Assembly: GCA_012295275.1 (NCBI GenBank)
Contig: CM022665.1
Coordinates: forward strand, 45,136,001-45,200,000
Source: Chrysomallon squamiferum
Lineage: Eukaryota; Animalia; Mollusca
DNA: 64,000 nucleotides
Direction: 5' to 3'
Below are positions 1 through 15,009 of this stretch, one piece after another. The notes beneath the pieces are model-generated. The model was not told where the DNA came from and made no database searches. It worked only from the letters and a program-made list of their open reading frames with translations. The stretch's first letter is position 1, and each line of letters opens with the position of its first letter. The position numbers were made by a program, and so were the translations under genes.

Positions 1-250
1 TTTAATTTATTTAATTTAATTTAATTTTATTATTTAATTTAATTCATTTAATTTAATTTAATTTAATTTAATTTAATTTAATTTTATTTTATTTTAAATT
101 TTATTTATTATAATCTTTTATTTTTCTATTATTATTTATTTACTTACTTATTTACTTGCTTACTTATTTACTTATTTACTTACATTACTTATTTTATTTT
201 ATTTTATTTTATTTTATCTTAAATTTTATTTATTACTATTTTTTATTATT

Positions 251-282
<32 letters not shown>

Positions 283-335
283 TTTATTTACTTACTTACT
301 TACTTACTTTACTTACTTTACTTTAATTCATGTTA
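1..335. repeat. AT-rich low-complexity (TTTAA/TTTA/TTAC) tract
   Basis: Direct reading. Confidence 0.85.
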
Positions 336-370
336 CTGTTATTATTTTCTAACATCTCTGTGACACATAC

Positions 371-525
371 CATTAGCCCACGGCGTTTCCGACAAAACGA
401 CAAAGTCCACAACGTTGTGCTCCATCTCCAGCACCGTGGTGCTCTTGCCATTCATCACCGTTATACTGGGCGTTCTCCCCGCCCGGTCATATGACATCCC
501 GCCCGAAAATATCACCAGAGGTTCC
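371..525 (-). CDS. STXBP5: STXBP5 coding exon 10
   Basis: TTCCAG| EPLVIFSGGMSYDRAGRTPSITVMNGKSTTVLEMEHNVVDFVVLSETPWAN |GTATGT. Confidence 0.93.
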
Positions 526-3500
526 CTGGAAGCAGTCAAATGTGGGTTGTAATATATATATATATATACAATTAAAAGAACAGATTCTTAATATTTTATT
601 TTTTTATTATTATGAAAATTAAAGCTTTGAGTGGAAAAAGTTCACAGTGATGTCCATTAATTAAATTTAGAAAATGTATTTTTTTTTAAATATTATGTAT
701 GCACATCAACATATATACCAAAAAATTAGCTTACTCAGACACACTAAATATTTATTTTTTATTGCTTAAAAAAACGTATATTTTCTTTATTTTTATTTTT
801 ATCTCAAACATCTTTTTGTATGTGTTAATATACATTTTGTGGAATGAAATTGTTTTTGAAATTCAATTGGGTTAATATATTCTTTTTAAATTATAATTAT
901 CACCAAAATTAACATTTATAAATTTCTATTTCATCTATTCTTTTTCATAATTTTTTTTTTTTTTTAAATATATTAAGACAATTAAATTTCAAAAACAATT
1001 AATTTCATTCCACAAACTGGACAGCTACAGAGCTTAGGACATCAAGAAGAATTTCCAAGGTACAATTTTTTTTTTTTTTAAATTGTTTTATAAGTTTTCT
1101 TTTAAAAGTTATTTAAAACTGATTAAAAAAAAAAAATGTTTACCCATTTCTAACAGACTTCCAGTCCACTCTTGTGATGGGTTTACAAGGTTCAGGTTTA
1201 CCATCCTTTCCAAATTTGGCTGAAAATAACAATTATTATTATTACTATTATTATTATTATTATTATTATTATTGTAACCAATTTATTTGTTTCACTTACA
1301 AATATTTATATACATATATATTTATCAAAAAAAAGGTGATAACAGTAATGATGATGGCAATGATGATGATGATAATGAAAACAACAACAGTAAAATAATA
1401 ATAATAAAAATAATAATAATAGTAATAAAATAAAAATAAGAATAAGAAAATACAAAAATAATAATAATAATAAAGATAAAACAGTAATATAATAATAACA
1501 ATAACAATAGTAGTAATAGCAGTAGTAAGGATGATAATATTAATCTTCTCACCATGAGGGTACATGACATTGACAGGTTTCAGCACAGAAAATGGTTTGA
1601 AAATCCCTACATCTTAATGTACATGACTAGTTAGAGAAGAGAAAGAGTAAAAAAATCGAAAGATTCTGAAAAGACAATTGGTTCTGATTTCTAATTTTAA
1701 GGGTTAAGTTTAATTCTCTCACCATGAGGGTACATGACGTTGACAGGTTTTTGCACAATTTTAAAATTCCAGGTTGTAAGACCGCCATCTGAATGACTAC
1801 ACATAAACTGTTTGCCTTCGTGGTGCCACGCTATAGACCGCAACGCCTGAAATAGGAAACAAAACAAAAAAATCATCAAAAACAACAGTCATTTCAAATT
1901 TATTTTATTCAGTTTTACAATAATTCATCCGATTTTCATTTAAAATGTTTCTCCACGATAATGCAACCTTATTCAGTATAAAAATAAATATTCTGCATTC
2001 TGCAATGCAATTTAAGACTTTGTGGATTTGAAATAACTGCATATGAAATAAGTTGTTATTAATAATAATAAAAAATAAAAGATTTCCCTTGCTTTAATAC
2101 ATAAAATGAATTAATGTCTGTTTCTAAACTGCCAATATTTGATGACCACATTCTGTCTTACACAATAAACACTGAAAGTAATTTTCTTTAATAGATATTA
2201 TACTGACAATCTGAAGTCAATGACACAGATATTAACTTTAAAAATTTCAATAAATTCATTACAGCTGAGATTCATGTTAAATATGCCACTGTTTATGTTT
2301 GTTTCAATATTTATTTCATGACATCAACAATTTTTTTTATTACATTTATACATTAACATTTATACAACAACAAAAAAAGTATCAAAATTTATATTTTCTG
2401 ACTTCAACAAGTTCACGATCACTTTTGATGACATTACTAAGATTAAAATACCATCTAATTTCAATTTTTTTTTTTTTAACTTTCTATTATCATTTTTTTT
2501 AATTGTCTGATTAATTAGTAAAAAAAAAAAAAAAAAAAATCCCACAAACAAGGTCACTACCACACTACTATCAGTTTAATGCGAATCTCTGCCAATAAAC
2601 AGAGATGATCCATAACTCCAGAACTCACCTCTGGGGAACTGTATCGACTTTCAGCTATCTTGTTTTTCAGGTCCCACAAGACGATGGTTCCAGATTCAAA
2701 ACCTATTAGAAGCTGGAAACAAAGACAGTGAAAGAGTGAAAATCAATGCAACCGTGTATGTCAAAGTGGCAAAAATAAATGTTACCATGCTGAACAAAAC
2801 AGGGATGATTTCCACGTAGGGTGTTTTAATAAAGTTGTGTAACTGAAAAGCAATAGGCTGTCCAAAAGTTGAAGAAGAAGAAGAAGAAAAAAACAGAAAG
2901 AAAAAGAAAGAAAAGGTACTAAAAACAAATTCAAGTATTCTGGATGATAAGTTAATGATTTTGTGAAATGTTATGCATGCAGTTGTTGGTCCAAAAAGTT
3001 CAAGAAGGAAGGAAAAAAAAAAAAAAGTAATAAAATTGTACATAAAACGAACATCCATGTAATATGTCAATGATTTTGAGTAACAAAACACAATTATTGG
3101 CCAAAAAAAAAAAGAAAAGAAAAATGTAAAATGTTTATGTGATTAAATATCACATAGAACACCGAGGTATCAACAATATTAACAGAAATCTATAGTCAGT
3201 TAAAAAGTTAAAACAGAAATATCAAAGATTAATAAAATCATAATAACAAAAATAACAATAATAACATGTGACATACAAACACAAACAATTATTATAGATG
3301 CTATAATCAATCAGTTTAAACAGAAACATCAAAGGCTAATAAAAAAAAAACACCCCTAAATAATGATGATGAACTGTGTGAGATAGAATAACACAAAAAA
3401 ATGACTGAAGTCAAACAGAAAAATTTAGAAAAAAAATATTAAACACTAACAAACAAATTTAAAAAAAATAATAATGCATGTGAGATACCAACACAAAGAA

Positions 3501-6500
3501 CTGCTAGAAATAAATAAAAGTTATAAATATTGCAGTATGATACATTTCACACTTGAAGTAAATATGTAGATTATATCATGCATGAGTTAACATACAAGCA
3601 GGCTGTAGACAGATAATAACCACGTACTGCCTGATGGAGTTATCTGCCACTGCAGGTTTTTTGTGAGACATAAACTGGATAGGCTTTAGAAAATATAATA
3701 TTTTACACAGTAGATCATTATTACCCATGTTAAATATAGCTATAAGGAAATTTTGTAACTCAGAACTTGAGACTCAGCTTCAGATGTCAAGAGTCACAGG
3801 ATCTTATCTTCCTCGAGACACCCTTTGGACTGTTTCCAATTCCAGCTAATGCACTACAACTGATTTATTGATTACAGCAGTGTGCGATTCTGCTGTCCCT
3901 GGGGAGGTGCTTATACATGATCCCATGCTGCTAATCTGTAGGACTAGCTGAGAGATCAGATTTTGATTCTCTTATCGTCATCACATAAAGCGGCATCAAA
4001 TATTCATCTTTAATCCTTCAACCTCATAAATTAGTCTGGCCGTTTCATAAAGATTCTTTTATGTATACGGCTAGATCATATGGATTCAGTGTCTGACATA
4101 AACTAATGGGTCTGAAATATCCTTCTTTCCTCTCAAACCAGAACACCAAAGATTTAATATTTGACGTCAGCCACTGGATGTGAAATATCTGGTCTTTCTC
4201 ATACAGAGTTTTCAGAGGAATGGGAAAAAACCAGTCCTGAGGATGCAATGAAAAGGACAGATCCTCCAGGACCAGAGTCCACTATTTTAATTATTTGCTA
4301 CAGACTGCTTCTGCTTGTGTCTTGAGACTTAATCTAAGTAAGATTTCTAGTAATAAACAGCTATTTTACACCAATATATAGCAATATATTACACAATACA
4401 AATCATTTTCTGTATCATTGTATCCATTAAAGTTTACATACAGGACAGAAGGACAATTAACAAGAATATAAAACACATTGCTTATCTACATATTCTGTTC
4501 TGCAAATTTCTTAAGTGAAATTATTATTAAAATACCTGACACAGCAGTGAACACTCTAAATATGATTCATCTGAAAAGGATCTGACTAACTATGCACTAC
4601 ATCTGGGTAATATTTTATACACTTCTGTAATCTTAGCACAACTGTCACAGCAGCTTATTCTGTTTCAACATACTTACACTTTTTTGAGAGGAGATAAATT
4701 AAACATTTTAAACTTTTACTACAGTTTACTTAAAACACATTATCATCATTAATTACATTTAATTAATACCAATTAAAAATGAAAAACTTACCTTGTTAGG
4801 ATCCATTGGATTGTCGCTTAGATGGACTACAGGACCTGGGTGTGTTTTACGAGACCTGCAACAACAAAACCACCGCAAATCAATAAACAAAATAAAATCA
4901 GTGTTTAGTGACATCCCCAGCAGAAATAAAACAGACTACTTTTGCAACAGGAAAAAAGATAAATGATTAATGACAGCATTAAACAAACTGATTTCTCATG
5001 ATGTTTTACAACTGTATTTCAGCTTTATGCTTTTTTTCTATATTCTATACATTATATGTAACTGGATATTCACATTTTCAGAGATGCATTCTAAAATAAA
5101 GTTATATAGTAATAATTATATTTATTATTTTACATTTTCAATATATAAATATATATATATATATATCTGCAAGTAACCATATATATTTTACTGCCCAGAC
5201 TATAAATACATATTTATTTGCACCAGAGGTCATCAATGTAGTTGATGCTGACCCCAAGGGATCAACAGGACTCTCCAGAAGATCAATAAATATCAAAGAG
5301 TCAAAAGGGAGTCAATAATCAAGGTGGTATAAAAAAAAAAATAATTGAAATTAATATGATCGTTTTGAAATTATCTAAGTTTATATACCGTCAAAGAGTT
5401 AAATCTGTTATTCATTTATTTATTTTATCATGTTCAGTAGGAGATAAAAGATTCATTGAAAAGATTGAAAGTCTAACAAATCTGCCAATCCCTGATTTAC
5501 ACAAACATCTAAAATGCATGTATAACCATATACATTTGTACATTAATATATTTACTTTTTTTCTGTTTTAGTATTATCCTTATAAACATCTAGTGAAATG
5601 TTTTCCTTATTTATATTAATGTACTCATGAGAAAGTACAGTTAATTTTCATAATATATATATATAACATTTATGTATTCGTAAACATTCAAATCTATTTT
5701 AGTTTATCCAAAATGCAGATATAACCTTTTAATACATTAATATATTATAAACAAACATCATTAAATTTTAATTTTATTTTGGTCTGTGAAAAATACTTTC
5801 ATATTTCTATGTACTTAAATCATCTTTATACACTTAATATAGTTAAGAACAAACACAGTTATATGTATTTCAGTTTGTCCAAACATAATCTTAAACATTT
5901 TTATAAATAAATGTACTTGAGAGTATATGTATTTACGTTTTTCTCTTTCTCTGTGTGCATCTATATGTGTGTCTGTATATAATTATACATAGATAGATTT
6001 AGATAAATAGATATAGGTGAACTTAAAAACATAATACTGGTTTGTTCCATGTGCAGAAAATGTTTTATGTACCTCATGAACAGATGTACTTTATTGTCTG
6101 GCTGTACACATATATATCATTAATGTACTTACAAACCTTTTCCTTTTTTTACTTAATGCACACATATACATCTGTGCATATTTGTATTCTAAATGCTTTT
6201 GTAATAAGATTAAAGTTACAGCTAATGAAAATAAATGCCTAGGCTTAAAAAAAAGAAGAACCAATGAAAAAACAAATCTTCGTAATAAAAACGGATTTTA
6301 TAAAAATGTCATCTGAAGCATTATTTACAAACATAACAGTTGTATACAACTTCAAACACATGATTAATACTATAACGAACTATGTAATATATATAAATAC
6401 TAATGATATATTAATGATTTAATCAAACAGTGTCTAAATGACAACAGCTGTGGGCACAAAACGAATAGCTAGAGGCAATGAAAAGAGGAAGCTATTTACA

Positions 6501-7938
6501 TAAACGGAACTGAACTAAAATATACATATATATATGTGTGTGTGTGTGTTTTGTGTGTTTTGACAAAGGCTTACAGCTCAATTGCTTTGTTCCAGTTAAT
6601 AACATATCCAGAAAGAATGAAAGACTCAATGTTTACGATGTGCACATTTCCACGCTCTGTTCCTATGTATAGCCACTTGCTCTGGAAGGGCAGGTGACAA
6701 AAAGTGATTCTGAAATATATGAAAAAAAATGAATAAAATTCAGTTTGATTATCTGATAGTAATGATATCCAAATTCCACATTTTTCAAAGATTTACTATC
6801 TGACTATAACAACATATCAATTAAATATTTTAAAAACAAAACTGACTGTAACAACATCCAGATTCCACATTTTTCAAATATTTAATATCTGACTATAACA
6901 ACATATGAACTAAACATATAAAAAAAACCCAAAAAAAACCCCATATACCTGATTATAGCAACATCTTAATTCCATATTTTAAACAAAATTGAATACTTGA
7001 CTATGTGAACTCAATAATTAAAAAACAATTTAATACCTGACAATAGTAATATCTGAACTCCATATTTTAAACAAATTTAATACCTGTGTATAACAGCATC
7101 TGAATTTCTTATTTTAAAAAAAATATATAAAAAATTAATACCAGACTATAACAAAATCCTATCCATCTGTCTTGGGTCACTGTTATAATCAGCAGAGATA
7201 GAAACATGATGTGTTACAAGCTTGAAGCAGGAGCTGGGTTATTATTTCACTCAGACATACAGACAGACAGACAGACAGACATTAAGTTACTGTAAGTGTT
7301 ATTCTTGGGCTAACTCGGTTTTTGAAAAATGTGGAAGATGCGATGTTGTTGCAGTCAGTTGTTTGGTTTTTATATTTATAAAAACGTTATTATTCACTAT
7401 GACACTCTTAACCCATTCCTAAAAATTAATGACAAACATACAATTCAAATTTTCACAAATATTCAGGTACTTGTTCTTGAAAAAATAATTCTGAAAATCT
7501 AAAATCTCAAAATGAATATTAATAATAAAAAAAAAATTAATAATAATAATAATTATGGTCTAATATTTTAAATAAAAATTAATTACTGTTTCCACTCACA
7601 GCAAACATATTCATGAACACATATCCAGAGTAAACCTAAAATTTCACTAACATTTATAAAATATTTATTTTTCAAATGGTACAAACCTTTCTCTTTGAAA
7701 TTTCAGGGAGTGCACAATTTCAGGCCTTTTTTGGCGGAAATTCCATAAGTGAAGACTATCGTCTGAGCAAACAGTCACTAGAGCACCCTGAAAAAAACAT
7801 CCACTCAGTCAGCATCAGCTGTCACAACATCGGTCCGCTATCAGTTACACTCATTTAGAAGCATGAGTATCTGTAATTGTTGTCATTCTTTACAAATTTT
7901 TAATTATCTATATACTGAATCAGTAATAATAATAATAA

Positions 7939-7969
<31 letters not shown>

Positions 7970-9150
7970 CAGAAGAAAATATTTTTAATTCAAATTAAAA
8001 CTGAATGATACTTACCTCATCTTTTTTTTTTACCCACCCTATTTTTGAAAGACTTGTCGAGTTTTATCAGAAAAGCTTTTTTTGAAAAATAACTGACATG
8101 AAGTAAAAACGAAAACAAAAAAATAAAAAGTTTTAAAAAATAAATAAATAAATAAATAAATAAAAATAAGAAAAGTTTAAAGGAAAACAGAGGCCAAAAT
8201 ACATTTTAGGTTTCAGAAACATGCATGGTGTGTATTAATATATTCTGACGTCTCAACAATAAAAGTAACAAAAAATTAGGGTTTTTTTTCTTCCTGAAGA
8301 TAAATCTTCCAAGATCTTGTCACTGATTTTGTCCACTGACATCCTGGTTCAAGTTAAACACAACTGTTCTGCTGGCCAGGAACAAAACAATGCTTACAAC
8401 CAAAAAAATGAAAAAATCACTGAGGAAAGATTACACAAGGCTTCTAGTATTTAATTATCTTTTCTGTCTCCTAATTGTTATTCAAAAATTAATTTTTTGA
8501 TGTGAAGAAGCATTAATGTCTCTAAAAGACAAGAAGACCATATTGATAAGTCAGAAGTATGAAAACAAAAAACTGTTGTTTTTTTTAAAACAATTTTAGT
8601 TGGGGAGACTGAGCAAGCTAAGAGCTTCATTTATTTCTTTATTTTTTTATTTTTTTGGCAGCATCTTAAATTAGCTTTGTATTTACGATCATCAATGTTA
8701 AATGTGTGACACTGCTATTTATTCAGAATACAGCCAGCCATATAACCATGAGCTATTCTTACATGTTAACGAGATCTTTCATAAGAACCTTTGTATAAAC
8801 AGGAGAAGAAAAAAACAAACGCCCAGAATTTGATAATAATTAGCTGGAGAATGAGTAAGTCATCCCTGAATAAGACATTTTGTAATTAAACATTTCCACC
8901 TGAAGTACATGCACAGGTTTTAAGACAAACAATAAATATATGACATTTAATTATTTTTTCTGAGACCTCCAGTTGAAAAATGTCAGCTAAATTTCATTCT
9001 CATTGTATCGAGTCAGCGAGACAAAAAAAAAAAAAAAAAACCGAGAACGAAGAAATAAAATTAACTTGTATTACTGGGTCAATGGGTAAATAACAAATTA
9101 TTATCGAACATACACCAGACTGCTGCAATTCAATTAAAGGTAATAAAAGG

Positions 9151-9199
<49 letters not shown>

Positions 9200-9710
9200 A
9201 TTTCAAATCTTTTATGCTGCCAGGCAAAATGTCAACATAATCATAAAGGTTGCACAGGTAACACATAAATTCTTTTTGTTTTTCTGGGGATGAATTTACA
9301 TTTTTATTTTTAATTTAATTTTATTTTTTTAAAATGCTGTAGAGTGTAAATAGACAAATAGGATAGTTAAGTCACTTGCAGACAAAAATGATATGTATAT
9401 AAAAAAAAAAAATATGCATAAAATCATTAATCTCGACTGTGGGCAATGAAAGGAATTTGATAAAGTCGCAGCATTGTGACAAGGAAAGTGCATTAATGAT
9501 AAATTTCATTTCTGGTTGTCGCCACTTCAAACTAGTCACAAAAATCCCCAAAGGAATGCACATTTTCCTATTCTGAACTGTGCAAGAAACATTAAAAAAA
9601 CAAAAAACCAAAATTTTTTTTTTTTTGTTTAAATTGTGTCCTTTGCTTCTTGCAATATTCACCAAAACTGTGCTAAAAATGCTAGAAAAATACAGATAAT
9701 TATTTCTAGG

Positions 9711-9748
<38 letters not shown>

Positions 9749-10003
9749 AAATGAAATGATGAGGTAAAAATTGCAGTGTGTAAAAATTTCCGCGTGTTTA
9801 TCGCAAAATGGTGGTGGAATAATATGGAGAACGTGCAAAGACATTGACCATGACAATTAATATTGATTTGGTTTCAAGCATGGCAGCACTGATCCAATTT
9901 TGCCAATCTGATTTAAATCAAGACTTTGTTATGCTGCCACATCCAGCAGGATGCACCGGCTTATTATGACAACTGTTGATTTACATTAATACTTTCAAAA
10001 GTT

Positions 10004-10043
<40 letters not shown>

Positions 10044-13000
10044 TGCTCTTTGCCTTGGCAGAATGGTTGCAGACAAATAAGTCATCCAGGGTTACAAGTA
10101 ACTATGATAAAAATATAGAGAAATAACTTGTTATGGGATTCGTGTTGTCAGCATTATCTCAAGTTCGTTTAGTTCATATGAAAATTTAAACACCTTATTT
10201 TTTTTTTTTTTTTTTTTTTGTAAGGATGATATGAAATTTTGCATTATATTTTTCTGTTTTCAAAAGTGTTGTTAGAAAAATAAAAAATAAATGTTCTTTT
10301 AATTCTAATCAAAATAATTTAACAATATGCTTTCTTCACCAAACTAAAATCATTTCATTTTAAAATTAATATCTGCCCCAGTAATGGTCTGTTGAATTTT
10401 CCTGAATTCTGGAACTAATGAAGTAGAATCTGTATTATTTAATTTGAAGTTCTTTTAATAAAGAAGCAACAGTATGATGAACTTTATGAACTATCATTTT
10501 ATACACTCAGGTATCAATAAAAATTATGTATATACATAATACAGATCTGGATATTTCTTACTATTCCATAAATATATTCCATGATGAAAAATTGTTGCTT
10601 TCTTATTATCAGGTAAAATTATTTCAAATTTAATATTATATAATACAGATTTTTCTTTAGGAGTAGTTCCAAAATTTTACAAAATTATTTTCAATATGAA
10701 ATTATTTTAGTTACTGAAAGAAAAAAAAATATAGGGTAAAAACTGATTTGGCATAATGAAAAATGTGACAACAACACAAAATTGGGATATGTTCAGGATC
10801 TACATCCTCCTGGATTTCAGAATTAATTTTGCTATTTAAAGACTAGGAAAATTATTTATTAAACTGGAATAAATAATAATAATAAGAAGAAGAAGAAGAA
10901 GAAGAGCAAACATACAATTGAGGCATATATAATTAATAATAATTTAAATTACTTATTTTATAATCAATTTAAAAAAAACAAAAAAACATAAAAATCAATT
11001 TGTATTCACGCAACCTAAGGTAACACATAAGAAGACAAACAAATTGATAAGAAAACAAATAACCGCAGTAATTCAATACTTTACAGAATTACAAAAATTA
11101 AAACTATTGATTCCTTTCATTACACTCCTGGCTACAAACAACAGCTACAAATATAGTCACACTACAGAATACAAAACCTTTCATTACACTGGTGGCTACA
11201 AACAACAGCTACAAATATAGTCACACTACAGAATACAAAACTTTTATATTTACCACTCCAGGATTAAAAGAAAGCGTGCGTTATTTATATGCGTTATTAT
11301 CTCTCTGTTCGTTATTTCTGTCTGTGTGTGTGCTTTTTGAAGATTATGTTATTTCAGTTGTACTCACAATGGATAATGAAAATAGCTGCACTCACCTCAT
11401 TAATAAGAAATAATATTTGCGTGACCCCAATCTCTCCATCATGCATACAATGGCTGTCCACTCCTGGTCTACCTAATCTGTGCATGTGTTAAGGAATTCA
11501 ACAATTTTGAGCAAAATGACTAAAAATAAATAACAACTGGTTAAAAGCTGCTTAAAATTCACATACAAAAGGAAGAAGACAAAGATTCTGTGATGAAGCT
11601 GATGAGATTTTTAAAATATGGGAAGGGTTGTGTGCGGTATTGTTCTTTTTGTATGTATGTTAATGTACGTGTGTGTATTTATAAACAGAATGCATCGTAA
11701 ATAACTTGCAAGTCCTTGACAGTCCAGTTATTAAATAATGCACAAAGTTAAAACAAACTAATAATAATAATAATTAAAAATAACTATAATTATATACATA
11801 TGTAAAGACCAATTATTTTTTGTATGTAATCTCAGCAACAAAAAAAATAAATTTAAAAATAAAAAAATATATATTAGAAAAATAGCTGAAAAGCCACTAT
11901 TAGAAAAACAAAATCCAAATAAATAAAAATACTAACCTCAGAAAATAACAAATAATAAAAAATAAAAACATGACTAAACAAAATAAATTCTTTGATTATT
12001 TATTTTTATTAATTTCCATCACAGGTATATAATGTTGTTTTTTTTAAAAATCAAAAAAAATTATTATTTATTATTCTTAACAGCTATTTACATGTTTTAA
12101 ATATTATAAATTAACTGCAAACATAACTAAACCTAACAAACAACGAACATCAAATACATTTTTTTTCCCCTTCTTATCTTTTCCCACTTCACCTTTCACA
12201 GCTACCTTTTCAATTAACATACACTTTACTACTACATAAAAATAAAACAGCATCAAGTTGTTTAAACACTTCAAATCTACTACTAACTGCCATGGGTGTT
12301 TTTTTTCTCCAGTTTTTTTTTTTTTCTTCTTCTTCTTCTTCTTTTCAGTCTGAAAGCATAAAATGATGACCACAAACGCAAATTCCAATCGAAAACTAAC
12401 GTTACTCTGGATCGTAAATGCTTGCTAATACAGTCTTCAATTACTGTTATTCAATGAACGCTTTTTAAAAAAGGCAAAAAGAAAACTCGTCTCTCGAGTG
12501 AAATCACATTCTATTGTGTGCGACAAAAATCAATACCACTGTCTTATGTCGTACACGAGTTGAGGGTCCTGACGACTGAGACGACACGACAGATTTATCA
12601 TGTGGCGATAACCATATCGAGATTTCAGCGCAGATCAAAAAACGAGATTATTGGAACGCACACACAGACACACACACGAACGGACGGATGGACAGATGGA
12701 GATAAACCATCTGCTTCTGTTGGTGACTGTGAATTAAAATTATCCAATTTTTCGTTTCGCCGAATGTGGATTAAAATGAGACGATATTTGACAACTGATT
12801 GTCTAGTTTAAAAAAAAAAAAAAAAAAAAATGTCATTAATATGAATTGTTATTGTTGTGTGAATTTGATGACAAGTCATCAATTTTTCATTAGTATAAAT
12901 TAAAATGAAGTTTTTTGATGATAAATCATCCATTCATAAAGAGTGGAATTTGATGATAAGCCATTGATTTTTTTTTTTTTTTCACTCAATGAGTTAATAT

Positions 13001-14964
13001 TAATTAAAATTATGCGAATGTGATGGTAAATCATTAATCTTTTTGTCAGTAAATGAACGTGAATTAAACATGATGATTTTAACAGATTATCTTCCTTTTT
13101 TTTGTCACTGAAAATGAATTGAAATGAAATGATTGTGATCATGTTATCCACCTTGTCAAATAATTAAGTATGAAGTGAAAGAAGATGAATTCAGTGATAT
13201 AGACCATCATTTTTCATTTTTTTTCATTATTATTACATTTTTTAAGTATTCAAAAAAAATAAAATAGAAGTTTTTTCATAATTTCATTTTATTTCTTCTG
13301 TTCTGTTCATAAAGATATAAAATATAAATACTGATTAAAAAAAAAAAAAATTAACCATTCCTAAGACTTACATTAAAATGTTTCAGTTTCTTAACAGAAC
13401 ATTAATACCACAATGAAATGATTTGACCAATGTGTGTTTGTTTTATACATAGTTTGCAACAGACATCAAAACCAGGTTAGCAAACAGGTACATACATGAA
13501 GGCACACATACACACACACACAAACACACACACACACACACACAGACACATACAAGTGCATCCACACACAAATGTAAATATAGGACCATACGTAAATATA
13601 TTTATTGATTAACGTTCTCTGACTGTCGATGATAATCACACCATGAAATTGTGCTAAGCATGGATGCATCCTCCTACCTATGCTGTCTAGACAATGAACC
13701 ATTACTGGTTAACTCCCGAGTCCAGACTCAGCTTAAACGCCGAGATTGTTCTGCAGATATGCAGATGGACTCCTGTCTGTCATGTCAAAGACATCAACTT
13801 CTCCACAAAAACAGGACTCTTAAGCCTTTCTCAGATGGACTATGGTCATTTTTTTAAACGATGTACGGTCAGTTGTGGTTATTTCGCAAACCATTGTTGG
13901 TTGTCGTCTTAAACTTGTAGGAGAATTTTAAACAGATTATCTGTGGGGGTTTCCAGAGTTGTGTTGTTTTTTTTTTTTTTAAATTATTTTAACTGTTTAG
14001 AATACTTTTGTGGCAGGTTTTGAACTGATGTCAGTTTTTGATAATTCTGAACACCAGTGAGAGTTATGGTTTAAGTCAATGTCAGACTGTGGTCTGTTCT
14101 GGACATTTTTACAATACTGAGTTGCTGTCAGTTCTGACTACTGTCAGTTATGGACAGTTTTAACTGTAGTGAGTTGTGGTCAGTTTTGACTACTTTCAGT
14201 TGTGGTCAGTTTTGACTACTGTCAGTTGTGGACAGTTTGAACTATAGTCAGTTATGATCAGTACAGAACCATGGACACACTGAGTAATTCTGAATCTTAC
14301 ATAAAATCCTTTTTCAGTCTCAAGGAAACATTCACAACTGACCTAAAACCGACCGACGTCTTCAAGGTCCAAATGTTCTGGACAACACTGGCTGGACAAC
14401 ACTGTGTTGTGGATGAAATGGTTATTATTTCTGCAGACTATGAGCTGTGTGAAAACCATCAGAAACATTGCACCAAACTGAGCTGGACATGCTAAGTAGG
14501 CTCAGCAACAAAGCTCTAGTGTGATCAATAAGTGTTGTGGAGTTAAAATCTTGTCTGATGATAGCAGTGATAAAACCATTACCAGCAACACATTTCTTTC
14601 ATTCTCCGAGTTATATAATGGGTAATGAGTAACTCTGAACACAAATAATACTACTAATACTAATACTAAAACTAATACTAAAATAGAAAGAAGTAATTGT
14701 AAAACAAATAAAGAAGTTAAAATTGCGTCTGATGACAGCTGTGATAAAACCATTACAAACAACACATTTCTTTCATTCTCCTAGTTATGTAATGGGTAAT
14801 AACACAAATACAAATAATAATATGAAGAAGAAGAAGAAGAAGAAGAAAGACAGAAAGAAGTAATTGTAAAACAAATAAAGAAATTAAGATCATATTTGGT
14901 GATAAAATGATTAGCAACAACAGATTTCTCCATGCTTTCATTCTCTTAGTTACTGCAGCAGCTG

Positions 14965-15009
<45 letters not shown>

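Noticed and set aside
1174-1586. Poly-Y/I/L ORFs here and similar ones at 19413-19762, 41694-42013, 47673-48778, 49611-50242 and 50754-51093
   Set aside because: Translations of (AAT)n, (GTA)n and (ATAC)n microsatellites. Only the short embedded exon parts are real.
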